A DNA stretch of 64,000 nucleotides from Azolla caroliniana (taxonomy: Eukaryota; Plantae; Polypodiophyta), in the NCBI GenBank assembly GCA_043228905.1, contig JBHGNT010000003.1, forward strand, positions 22,816,001 through 22,880,000, read 5' to 3'. Under the pieces are notes generated by a model. That model saw only the letters and a program-made list of their open reading frames with translations, was not told the DNA's origin and searched no databases. The position numbers and the translations under genes were made by a program. Below, piece after piece: positions 1-11,900 of this stretch. The number at the start of each line of letters is the position of its first letter. Positions within the stretch are counted from its first letter, which is position 1.

Positions 1-329
1 TTCTGTATTTGAAGCCCAATAATAACTTGAACCTTGGAGTAACGTTGATGTTTCTGTTAGTGAAATATTAGGTCTACTGAGCCTCAGGACGAGAGACCAA
101 TTAAAAAAATTATAATAAAATATTAGAGTTCACCCATTGAGACCACCCAAATCCGTGTCATCGCCTATCCCCAAAAAGGAAAAAAAACTATTATTTGACA
201 ATGATATTGCTAGGCAGTCTTTGGACGAGGTTGGTTAGAAGAAAATTGTGGTTGTAGTAGGAGGGGAAACCCTTGCAGATAGAGATATGACCAACTATGA
301 GTGGGCAATGACTATGAGTGGGACTTGGC

Positions 330-423
330 AATCCCTATGAGAAGCCTCAACGTCTGATGATGCGCCTGGTGGAAATGTTCTCAAATCAAAATGATTGGAT
401 ATTAGATTTGTTTTTTGGCACGG
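330..423 (+). pseudogene. Exon-like fragment of an N4-cytosine/N6-adenine (beta-class, N6_N4_Mtase-type) DNA methyltransferase, probably decayed
   Basis: Translation NPYEKPQRLMMRLVEMFSNQNDWILDLFFGTG fits the beta-class motif X + motif I pattern P-x-[QE]-K-P-x-x-L...S-x-x-x-D-x-[IV]-L-D-x-F-x-G-[ST]-G. The match stops at a canonical donor (ACG G|GTATGT, GT at 424). Upstream frames contain stops and a small local duplication (actatgagtggg twice, ~294-322). No DPPY/SPPY catalytic motif is visible in the window. Confidence 0.6.
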
Positions 424-1928
424 GTATGTTTTCAATTCATTGTCCCAATTGCTTGATGAAACAACTTACATTGTTGAATTGTTATGTGAAACATTCTCTA
501 AGGAAGACGAAGACAATGATGTACATACCCTCATAGCAATTTAAACCATTTTTATCTCGATACAATTGATGTAGTTGTCACAAATGTTTTGCTTTTAATC
601 AAATATTTACTTTGTTTTTACGGTTCTATCTTATCAATGTTGTCTTATAGATGTTTGTTGGAATGTTCCAATTATTTGTATTATACATTGTTTAATATTT
701 GAATTACTTGGTTGATGTGTTTTTTTTTGTTGCACGATCTTATTATTAATTGTAAATTATGTTTTGGTCTATATTCATTCTTTACAACATTAATCTATCT
801 ACATCCATTGAAACATTTAGTTGTTTTATACAGTGTATAATGTTCAAATGATTTGTATATGTTCTTTAACTTTGTAGCACGATCTGATTATTAATTGCAC
901 ATGAGTCTATATTCATTCATTAAAGCATTAATCTATATGCATCTACTAAAAATTTATTCCATATTCATATTTATCCACCAATCGGGTTTATAGTCCCTAA
1001 ACCCGTTTCGTTTATTGTCAATCACATTTTGAATTAAAACATACTTTTATAGACACTTAAAACTTTACAATTCTATTGTCTCTCTTATTTGAAATGTTGC
1101 TAGTAGTTGATTGAAATAATAGCTACGTGTCCATTTAGGGTTTCCAATTAATGATCCATTGTTGTAGGTGTTCTCATTCCTTGGTATGTATAGCTATTTC
1201 ATGAGTACTCCTTCGTATGTTTGGGTATGTCCTCTGGCTTCGGGGTTTATGGGTGTCTCTTCTTATACACGTTTCTTATTCACCGTTGACAATTGAATGT
1301 TGTCTCGATTTTGGCTCCCAATTATTTAGCATGTTTATGGCCGAATAGTTGTGATATATGTTTGACTGTATCTATTTTATGATAAACACAACCAAAACGA
1401 ACATTTCTCAATACTTATATGCATAATTTGCTTGGCTTCTCACAAACATATACCTTCGGTATTATATCTTGTAAGATTCATTAAGGATTAATTTGAATCA
1501 ATTGTAAGCACTAATATGTAGATATCACTTCCTCCTCTGGCATATACACCTCTATGGGATAGATAAACTAGCATAAGAACTATCACACTCCAGCTTACAA
1601 AAAAAAAATCTAGTTTAATAATATTGTTCCAAATCATTAACTTGTGACAGATGAGACTGCTATTGTGATATTCTTAAATTTAAATACATTGCGGAAGTGG
1701 AGATCATCGACTTTAAATATTTTCCTGAAAACTACATGTTCTCATTTAGAGACTTGTTACATATTAATAATTTAGCAAATTCTATATAGGTGGTTGATCA
1801 GGTGATACTGGTACCCAATATTTCACAATAGCCTAAATTTGTACTACTACAAAAGGAATCTAAAAGTGGAATGTGTGATCCTTCCACTTGTGAATGCGAA
1901 CATGTTAATTGGGATTAGGGAAAGTAGC

Positions 1929-2283
1929 TATTGAGAATCAACCTCAATCTAACATTGTGTGTGAACACACCCTTTGACAATCTATGAGCACTCAAAGGTC
2001 AAGAGTCACACCACTCTCTACACATTAACTATGTGTCATAGAATCATCTTCTATGATACATAATTAATGAGTTCCATATTCCCCATGAGTCAAGGTTCTA
2101 GAGAGAGAGTGGACATTGTAGTGAGAGAGTGGATATTGTAGCGAGTTAATGAAGAGAGAGGGTGTACTTCATTTTTCTTTCATCTATTTATCTTGTGTTT
2201 CTCTTCTCTCATCTCTTTCCTCTCACACATACACATAACACACATCTCTTCCGCTACACAAGAATCATATCCGATTCTTTACA
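1929..2283 (+). repeat. 5' LTR of element A
   Basis: Aligns by eye with 8102-8245 and 13638-13958 and is followed directly by the PBS. It lacks about 111 bp that the 3' LTR has at 13729-13839. Confidence 0.9.
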
Positions 2284-2438
2284 TGGTATCAGAGTGGTTT
2301 GGTAGCTCGATCTAGCCCATCCGCGTGTGTTGTGCTTTACGCCGACGTTCAAGAATAACCGGCTCATTGCTATCATAGTGCGACTACATAGCTCGTGTTC
2401 GAGAGAGAAGGAAAAGAAGAAGGAGATCTTCATTGACA

Positions 2439-5400
2439 ATGAATGCTCAAATGGGGAGCGCTCTCCGTAGCGAGAAGTTGGATAGAAACAACTTTGCATC
2501 TTGGGAGTACAAGATGCACCAATACCTTGTCGGCCAAGGCTATTGGAGCTACATCAAAGGAGCACAAGAAAATCGACCGACCCGAAAGATGCTGACTCAA
2601 CATGGGAGCAAACAGCAAGCCGAGTGATGTATTGCTTGGCGACATGTGTTCATGATCACATGCTCGGCTACATTCGAGAAGCCGAGACACCGAAGCAAGC
2701 GTGGGAGAATCTACGGAAGATTTTCACGGCCAACACCACTGCAAGAAAGCTTCAACTCCGCCAAGAGTTGAATAATATCCAACAAAGGGATATGTCCATC
2801 ACAAGCTACACCTTGAAGATCAAGGAGCTTTGTGACTCGCTCAACTCAATAAGCGTCAATGTGGACGATGATGAGATGGTGCAAATATGCCTCAACGGCC
2901 TTGCACCACAATTCGACGCGATGAGGACCGTCATACTAGCATGAGAGAATCCTCCCTCTTTCTTCAATATTCAATCCATGTTTTTGGTTGAAGAAAACCA
3001 TGTTTGAATGAGGAGCAACGCCTCGGAAGGCCACATGCTCTACACGCATTCGAACGGAGGAAAAGGACGTAACCGAGAAAGAGGCTAATTCGGCCAAGGA
3101 CGAGGCGGACGAGGTCTGACTTACGAAAAGAACTCCCAATTTCAGCAACAAGATGGAAGCCATCAAGGAACCTTCGGAAGAAGGGGGAGCTTCCATTCCG
3201 GTCCGAGCCGACAAACCTCGATCGAATGCGGATATTGCGGAAAAATCGGCCACCATGCACAAGAGTGTCGAACGAAGAAGCGTAAGTCGGCTTCCACAAG
3301 CTGATAACTCACCTATTACGCCTCAATTCCGACTATGACGACCATGACGGAATGTTCGTGATGAGACATAGAGTAAATTCTATGTCGCCCTCTACTTCGA
3401 ATAGTGTCTCTAGTTCGGAAGACGTATGGTTCGTCGACTTCGATGCCTCGAATCATATGACGTCTCATCAAGAATGGTTCTGAGAACTTCGAGAGCTAGA
3501 CTGACCCGGCTATGTCGTAACCGGAGACGACACTACTCATCTGATTCAACACATCAACAATGTTCTATTTGGCAAAGAAGGTAACCAAACTTATATTAAG
3601 AATGTCTTGCATGTACCAACCTCCGTCGGCCAAATTGTTGAGCAAGGGATGAAAGTTTGATTTAATCAAGGCGGTTGCTTCATTGAGAAAGAGGGTCAAC
3701 TCATCACTCGTGGACGAAGAGAGGGCCAAATGTTCATTCTCGACTCACACGAGATGAAATCGGCCATGTTTGCAAAAGGCACCAAAACCGGCACTGACAT
3801 AGAGTTGTGGCACAAGCGAATTGGCCACATCAACCTCCAAAAGCTCAAGGCAATGCAATCGAAAGGAGTGGTCATTGGACTCCCAACCTTCAAAGAGAAA
3901 GAGATTGAAGGCGTATGTGCAGCATGCCAATTCGGCAAGTGACATCGGAACCCGTGTCCGAAGGAGAGGAACATGCACAAAGGTGTACTTGACGTTATTC
4001 ATTCCGATGTATGGGGACCTACTCAAACGGCTACATTCGGCGGATGTCAATACTACGTGGCCTTCATCGTTGACTTCTCCAGGCACACCTCGATCTACCC
4101 CATGTGGCAAAAGAGCTAAGTGTTCAGACACTTCCAAAAATTCAAGAGCAGAGTCGAAAAGGAAACATGTCGACATGTAAGATGTCTTCAGTCCGATGGA
4201 GGAAAAGAATACTTCTTCGAAGAATTTTCGGCTTTTCTTTGAAAAGAAGGAATTCGGTGAGAGTTTTCGTGTCGACATATACCACAACACAACGAAGTAG
4301 CCAAACGCAAAAATCGACACATCCTCGAAGTAGCACGTGCCATGATGAACGAAAAACACATGTTGAAGTCATATTAGGCCAAAGCAACAAATACTGCCAT
4401 CCACCTCATGAATCAGTGCACGACATCCGAAGTGCATGAGGTTACCCCGCACGAGAAGTTTTTCGGAAAGAAGCCGGATCTATCACATGTTCGGATATTT
4501 GGCTCCATTGCATATGTGCACATCCCCGATGAGAAGCGACAAAAGCTCGACCCGAAGTCAGAGAAATGCATCCTTGTAGGATACTCACTTGAGCAAAAGG
4601 GGTACACGTGCTATAACCCCTTGAATTGGAAGGTTCGTGTGAGTCGAGATGTAGTCTTCGAGGAATCGACATCATGGTACGAACCCGAGCCGACTCCCCC
4701 TAAATCCTTTCTAGTCAACCTGGAATCCGCCGAACAAGAGATAGAAGATAGAGATCGACTCAAACACATGTTCAAAGAAAGTCCGATTATGACAAGGCTT
4801 AGTGGGCCACAAGAGCCTCCGAGCGACCAAAGCACATCTCGTCCTAGTCCAAAGATGGACAAAGGTAAGGAGAAAATGTCGGAATATGAAGATGATTACT
4901 TCAACGACAACAAATCGACTCACTCGCTTGACAGTGAGTTCAATGGCTTCGATGTACCTATCATGAGGACACCTGTCGTAAAGAAAGCCATTGCCATGAC
5001 AAAAGAAAAACTCTGTCGCTCCACCCATGAGGAGAATCTTGTTAGCCGATTCGACTACAACGATTATATGGCATACCACTATGCCTTTATGATGAAGGTG
5101 GCGACAGTTCAAGAGCCGGAAAGTTTTTCGGAAGCAGCCAAGGATCCATGATGGGTCGAAGCAATGAACGAGGAGATGCGGGCACTATGCAAGAACGAGA
5201 CATGGGATCTTGTTCCCCACTCACCGCACAAGAAGGCAGTTGGCTGCAAATGGATTTATAAGGTGAAGTATAATGTCGATGGCTCTGTCAACCGCTACAA
5301 AGCTCGAGTTGTAGTGAAAGAATACGCACAGACACATGTAGTCGACTACAAAGAGACATTTGCCCCGGTGGCAAAGATGATGACTGTGCGGACCGTGATT

Positions 5401-8107
5401 GCACTCACAACAACGAAAGGGTGGCATCTCCACTAGATGGACATCAAGAACGCCTTTCTTCAAGGTGAATTAGAAGAGGAGGTGTACATGGTACAACCAC
5501 CCGACTTCGAATCCAGCATTCATCTGAAAGTCGTCTGCCAACTCAAGAAGCCTCTTTATGGGCTTAAGCAAGCACCGCGTGCTTGGCATTCGAAGGTAAC
5601 GCAATATCTTCATCAAATCGGTTTTTGAATGTCGAATGTCGAAATCCGACAACTCCCTCTACGTATGAAACGACTCTAGAAGCTCGATTGTCATCATCCT
5701 ATACGTGGATGATCTGGTTATTGGAGGTGAGCATTTAATCGACATCAACAAGGTGAAATCCCTTCTCTCCAACAAATTTGAGATGATTGACATGAAGGAG
5801 CTCTGTTACTTCCTTCACATCGAGGTAATTCAGACTCCAGCCGACATCATGATCTCTTAACGACACTATATCCTCCACTTGTTATACAAGTTCGAGATGA
5901 CTAAGTGCGAATCTGTGGCAAACCCTCTCGATCAAAACCTCAAACTAGACACTGACTCCGGCACAAATGAGTGCGAGCCGACTCAGTTTCGACAACTGAT
6001 CGAGAGTCTCATTTACCTCACGATCACTTGACCCGACTTGAGTTATCCGGTCGGCCTCCTTAGCCAATTCATGCAAACTCCACGAGATATCCATTTGGAT
6101 TGTGCTAAGCAAGTTTTACTATACCTGAGCGGCACAATGAATTGTGGTATTCTCTACGAATCGACCACACCAATTCGACTCGAAGGGTACACAGATGCCG
6201 ACTGGGCCGGCTACAGGGCCGATCGACGATCGACCTTCGGATTTGTTTTCTCCCTCGGTAACGGAGCAATTTCGTGGAGTAGAAAGAAGCAGCCGACTAT
6301 TGCTCTTTCTAGCAAAGAGGCCGAATACAAGGGTGCAACCATGGCTGCATGTGAAGCCTAATGGCTCAAGAGGATTTTAAAGGATCTAGGCGTTCCCATC
6401 GAGTATCCAACTCCCCTTTACCTCAACAACATGAGTAGTATTTATCTGACTTGGAACTCGGTGTTCTGCGCACGCACAAAGCCTATCGAAGTGCACTATC
6501 ACTTTATTCGAGAGCGCGTTGTCGTGAAGATTTCCAGCTATGGTGAGAAAACCGGGTGGAATGGGCAAAGTTGGCAATGTGCACCGTGTGCACATATACA
6601 TTCAAAAATATGTATAAAATAAAAAGGGGATTTATCCCACATTGTAACGTCCTTCCCTCCTTGGACTATAAAAGGAGGGAGGGGTCTCTTGTAAAAGGGT
6701 TGCCCATTTTGAGTTAGGAGGGTATACTGTTACATCTAAGGTATAATAGTCTTGTCTCTTCCTTTTACTTTCCTTTAGGGTTTGGTAGCTTTCTTCTTCT
6801 TCTTTCTTTTGGATGTTCTTCTTGGAGTGGAGGTTTAGGGTTTCTCTCAGTTCCTATCTCTCTTCTCGATTAAGGTTTTGTCCAGTTTAGATCTCGTATG
6901 CTTTGAGGGTTCCCGTTCGTAGCTCTGACTCTTGTGCAAGACCCCAATCACATAGGCAAGCTCGAGTGCTCCTCGACTAGCGGCTTGGTAGCAAAAAATT
7001 GTTGTGCTTCGGTAAGAAGGACCGTCTCAGCGCTAGGCTTCCACTCGCGTAGGCGAGCCCGAGTGCTCCTCGACTAGAGCTTGCTTGTGGACAACTGTTG
7101 TATCTGTTTGGTATTGGATCGGCTCGAAACCGACGTTGTAATTTCGTGGTCTTGTATATACATTCACAAGAAGTTGTGCATATCTATATCTCTATTGGTG
7201 TTAGGTGCGTATCTTTCTTTTCGGCTTCTGTACATAGGAAGCATGTGTTGAGTCTCTCTCTCTCTCTCTCCCTCTCTCTCTCTCTCTCCCTCTCTCTCTC
7301 TCCGCCATTCGAACCATTGCTTCCATCCGACTTAGCTCACATGCATTGCAATGTGAAACAGGGCGTTGGGGCATAAGTGATGAGAGTGGTCGGCTATCCA
7401 CACTTTACCCTAAACAAGTTCGCGAGTCTGAGTATCACACTTTGATACAATGCTCTGCTTTTGATCATATTTGACCATGCTTTCCACATCTCTTCAACCG
7501 AGCCCAATCTTTGCATGAATTCCTCTCACAACCACAATGTGCACTCTCGATTGCAACATTCATTGGTAAAGTTCTTGAACATCGAGAGTCACTACTCACT
7601 TTCACACGTATCACGTGAAATGTAATATTTTTGGTCTCATAGGTCATATTTGACCTCCAAAGACGATAATATAATCTATTTACCTATCTATCTATCTATC
7701 TATCTATCTCTTCTGTTCGGTAGCATCCAGTATGTGTCCGGAATCTCTCTAGTTTGTGCCACAGCCAGCACGACCGGTTCTGGAGAGAATCAATCTCATG
7801 ATATCCATCTCTTCCTGGTCCGTGACCCCGGTGGTCCCGCCCGATCCAACACATGCATGCAGATTTCCGCGACAGCGTACAGGCCGGAGATGTTGACCTT
7901 CAACACATCAACACGAATCTTCAGACAACCGACATCTTCACCAAGGCCCTAGGAGCGGACAAGCTTCGGTAATTCATGCCAGACCTTGGATTCACGATCC
8001 CTGACTTGTCAAGCTTGAGGGGGAGTATAAGAGAGAACCGGATACCAACCGAAGCGAACATCAACCGAAAGGAGCCGACCCAAGTTGAGCTTGAGGAGAT
8101 GTGTTGA
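2439..8107 (+). pseudogene. Disrupted copia gag-pol polyprotein of element A
   Basis: Recognisable fragments: gag (KLDRNNFASWEYKMHQYLVGQGYW; RKLQLRQELNNIQQ), pre-integrase LWHKRIGHIN, integrase HSDVWGP and KLDPKSEKCILVGY, RT MDIKNAFLQG...LYGLKQAPRAW and YVDD, RNase H GYTDADWAG...EAEY...DIFTKALG. There are many premature stops (mostly CGA/CAA/TGG transitions), frameshifts (e.g. a 7-bp duplication aatgtcg at ~5628-5641), and an insertion at 6520-7874. Confidence 0.92.
6520..7874. mobile_element. Solo-LTR-like (or non-autonomous) insertion of 1355 bp with a 4-bp TSD
   Basis: Termini TGTCGTGAAGATTT...AGATTTCCGCGACA are TG...CA with an imperfect inverted repeat. GCGT flanks both sides (6516-6519, 7875-7878). 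Removing the insert and one GCGT restores the RNase H frame HFIRERV|QAGDVDLQHINTNLQTTDIFTKALG. Contains a TATA-like TATAAAAGG (~6668) and CT and ATCT microsatellites, with no recognisable coding domain. Confidence 0.85.
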
Positions 8108-8245
8108 GAATCAAGATCAATCTAACATTGTGTGTGAACACACCCTTTGAGAATCTATGAGCACTCAAAGGTCAACAGTCACACCACTCTATACGCATTA
8201 ACTATGTGTCATAGAATTATATTCTATAACACATAACTAACGAGT
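8102..8245 (+). repeat. 3' LTR of element A, left part
   Basis: TGTTGAGAATCAAG... matches the 5' LTR start. It is cut at the CGAGT target site of element B. Confidence 0.9.
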
Positions 8246-8565
8246 TGTTGGGAATTCGGTCCCTCCGGATGGGATGTCCGGAGATGAATGACGGCAAGCC
8301 CGGTTGCGGTTACGGAACCGGAGGATGAAGACCCGGCTACGGAGCCGGATGATGAAGGCCCCGGCTACGGAGCCGGATGACGAATGTACCCGGAGAGAGA
8401 TCCGGATGCGGGGACATAGTTGTGAATATGTTTGCCAAGGGCCCTTGAGGCTATATTTGTAAATAGCCCGAAAGTCATATGTGTATAAATATGACTTAGG
8501 GCAAACAGTTTAGTGACTGTTACTCATTTTTCTGGTTTTCCACTTAGAGGGAGCTAAGTGAGCAG

Positions 8566-8614
<49 letters not shown>

Positions 8615-8878
8615 GAAGAGGTCGTTGCCTCTGTGTATTACCGCCGCCTGTGGCGAAGACAGTGAGCTCAAGGGTTGTTGCCTTGTAGCTTCACCATTGT
8701 ACATCTCTGCTCATAGTGATAGTTGGAGTTGGAGGACTCCCGTGGTTTTTCCCATTTAGGGTTTTCCACGTAAAACATCCTGTGTACTCTGCTCTCCATT
8801 GTCTTCGTGCATTCTGTATTTCTTGTTTTCTGTGAGTTGATCCTATTCCTCGGTTGTGGCCGAGCTCAATCTTTAACA
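8246..8878 (+). repeat. 5' LTR of element B
   Basis: 633 bp, TGTTGGG...TTTAACA. Contains ~27-bp CCGG-rich U3 repeats, a TATAAAT box (~8484) and a (GA)n tract (~8568-8613). Confidence 0.97.
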
Positions 8879-8909
8879 ATTTGGTATCAGAGCGACGGTA
8901 ACACAGAAA

Positions 8910-11900
8910 ATGGAAGGCGGCGGTAGTGGGCCTCCGGGCATGATGGTGTTGAACTCACAGAACTACGCCGACTGGAAGATAAAGATGGAAGACCTTCTCA
9001 TCGTCCGAGACCTGTACGAACCGATCGACAATGCCGAGATACCCAAGGGGGTAATAGAGTCGGAGTGGAAGCTCCTGAACCGGAAAGCCGTAGCGACGAT
9101 CCGGCAATATGTCGATGTAAGTGTCCTGCAACATGTGGCGAACGATACGAACGCCTATGAGATGTGGCAGAAGCTGTCCGGACTGTATGAGAGGAAGAAT
9201 GCTCTGACCCGGACCTCCCTGATGAGGAAGATAGTGAATCTTAAGTACCGGGACGACGAGAGCATGGTCGAACATGTCAGCACGTTCATGGGATTCGTGA
9301 ACCAGCTTGCGGCGATCAAGTTCCCATTGGATGACGCAATGCAAGCCATCATGCTTATGTGTACCCTTCCGGAGAGCTGGGAGAACTTGGTAGTTACTCT
9401 CAGCACCTCCTGTAAGGAAGAGAACTTGTCTTTACTAACGGTAAAGACAAGTATTCTAAATGAAGAGGCGCGTCGGAGAGATAAAGAACCGGCCTCCGAC
9501 TCGAAGGCGCTGCTTACCGAATCGGAACGGGGAAGACAACGGAACCGGAGTCCGCAAAGACGGGAAAAGTCGGGGACACGGTCGCAGTCGAGGGGAAGAC
9601 CTACATGCTTCTACTGTGGGAAGCCGGGGCACTTCCAGAAGAACTGTCGGCATTTCCGGAAAGACAACGGAACCGACGGTACTGATTCGAAGAAGTCACC
9701 GGAGCGAAACGGTGCATACCGGGGAGCCACGGACCGGCGAGGTCCGGATCGGCGAGGGCAGGACCGGAAAGGAACGACGGCACTCGCGGCAAGTGAAGAA
9801 GAGATAATGCTCATTACCGAAGAGAGGGAGCTGAACCTTGCCGGTGAAGAGATGACCTGGGTAGTCGATTCCGGAGCGTCGTTCCACCTGACCCCGGAGA
9901 AGAAATACTTCTCATCCTACACAGCCGGTGAGCACGGCTGTGTCCGGATGGGAAATGAAGGTACATGTCGGATTGCCGGCATAGGAGACGTGTGGCTGAT
10001 GACATCGACCGGATGCAAGATGCTGCTGAAGGATGTCCGACACGTTCCGGAGGTTCGATTGAACCTGATTTCGGCCGGGAGGCTAGACGATGAAGGCTAC
10101 ACGGGTAGCATCCGGAACGGTGTCATGAAGTTCAGCAAAGGGAGCCTGATAGTGGCTCGGGCCCGGAAAGTCAACACACTGTACCTTATGAATGCCTGGT
10201 TGTGTCCGGAGGAGTTGAACGTGGCAGCCGACACTGCCGGTGAGCTGTGGCACAAGAGACTGTGCCACATGAGTGAGAAGGGGATGAAGAGGCTTGCAGG
10301 AGACAACCTTATTCCAGTGAAGCATGTGCACCTGGAGAAGTGCACCGATTGCCTGGCCGGTAAGCAGAACCGAACCTCCTTCCACTCAAGGCCACCGACG
10401 AGACGTAGTGTACCATTGGAGTTGGTACACACTGATGTGTGTCAGGTAGAAACGAAGTCACACGGCGGAGCCCAGTACTTCGTGACATTCATTGATGACC
10501 ACAGCCGGAAGCTGTGGACGGCACCGTTGAAGACAAAGGACCAAGTGTTGTGCGTCTTCAAAGAACTCCACGCAAGAGTGGAAAGAGAATCCGGCAAGAA
10601 GCTGAAAGCGATACGAGCGGATAACGGAGGAGAATACCGAGGGCAATTCGAGGAGTATTGCCGTTCGATGGGAATCCGGCTCGAGTTTACTGTGCCGAAG
10701 ACGCCGGAACTGAACGGGCTGGCCGAGAGAATGAACCGGACCATAATGGAGAGGGTCCGGAGTATGCTGGCGCATGCGAAATTACCCACGGGGTTTTGGG
10801 CTGAGGCAATGTCGACGGCGACATACGTGATAAACAAATCACCCTCAGTACCTTTGGACGGAGACACGCCGCAGAGAGTGTGGACCGGTAGGGAAGTATC
10901 CTACCGGCATCTGAAGGTGTTCGGGTGTCTCGCATATGTGCATGTGGCAAAGGACCGGAGAGGAAAGCTAGATCCAAAGACCCGGCCATGCATATTCCTC
11001 GGTTACGGCGATGACGAGTTCGGCTACCGAGTATGGGACCTGGTCGACAAGAAGATATTCCGGAGTCGTGATATCATCTTCATGGAGGACAAGACATTCG
11101 CCGACTGGGAGTCGGAGAAGAAGATGAAGAGCTCCAAGTCGACCGGTGAGGATCAACTCTACGAGGAGCAGTCCCGACCGGCAAGGGACCGGTTAGCACT
11201 CGAGGATCCGGCCGAAGACGGTGAAGAAACAGAACCGGCCGAGGAAGATGAAACTGATACCGGAACCGGCCCCGATCCCGAAATGGATTCGGAGGAAGAA
11301 GAAGCGGAAGAGCCGGTTACCGAAGCTCCGGAACGGAGATATCCTCTAAGAGAGAGAAGGGCCCCCCGGAGATTTCCGGAACTAGAGCACGTGCTGCTAA
11401 CCGACGAGGGGGAGCTGGAGAGTTTTGAAGAAGCAAAGCTTGACACCCATAGCCGCAGGTGGTTAAGTGCCATGCAGGAGGAGATGGATTCCCTACATGA
11501 GAACCACACATATGAACTTGTGGAGTTGCCGAAAGGAAAGCGGGCACTTCGAAACAAGTGGGTGTTCAAGCTGAAACCGGGAGATGCCGAAAACCCCCCG
11601 AGATACAAAGCCAGGATCGTGGTGAAGGGGTTCCAGCAGAAGAAGGGCGTCGACTACGACGAGATATTTGCCCCGGTAGTGAAGATGACCTCCATCCGGA
11701 TGGTGCTGAGCATAACGGCAAGCATGGACCTCGAGGTAGAACAGATGGACGTGAAGACGGCATTCCTTCACGGTGATCTCGAAGAAGAGATCTACATGCA
11801 GCAACCGGAAGGATTCGAGAAGAAAGGGAAGGAGCACCTGGTATGCCGGTTGAAGAAGAGCCTTTACGGACTGAAGCAGGCTCCCCGGCAATGGTACCGG

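Noticed and set aside
2284-2295. TGGTATCAGAG matches to tRNA-Met (also at 8882)
   Set aside because: These are retrotransposon primer-binding sites, not tRNA genes; no cloverleaf is present.
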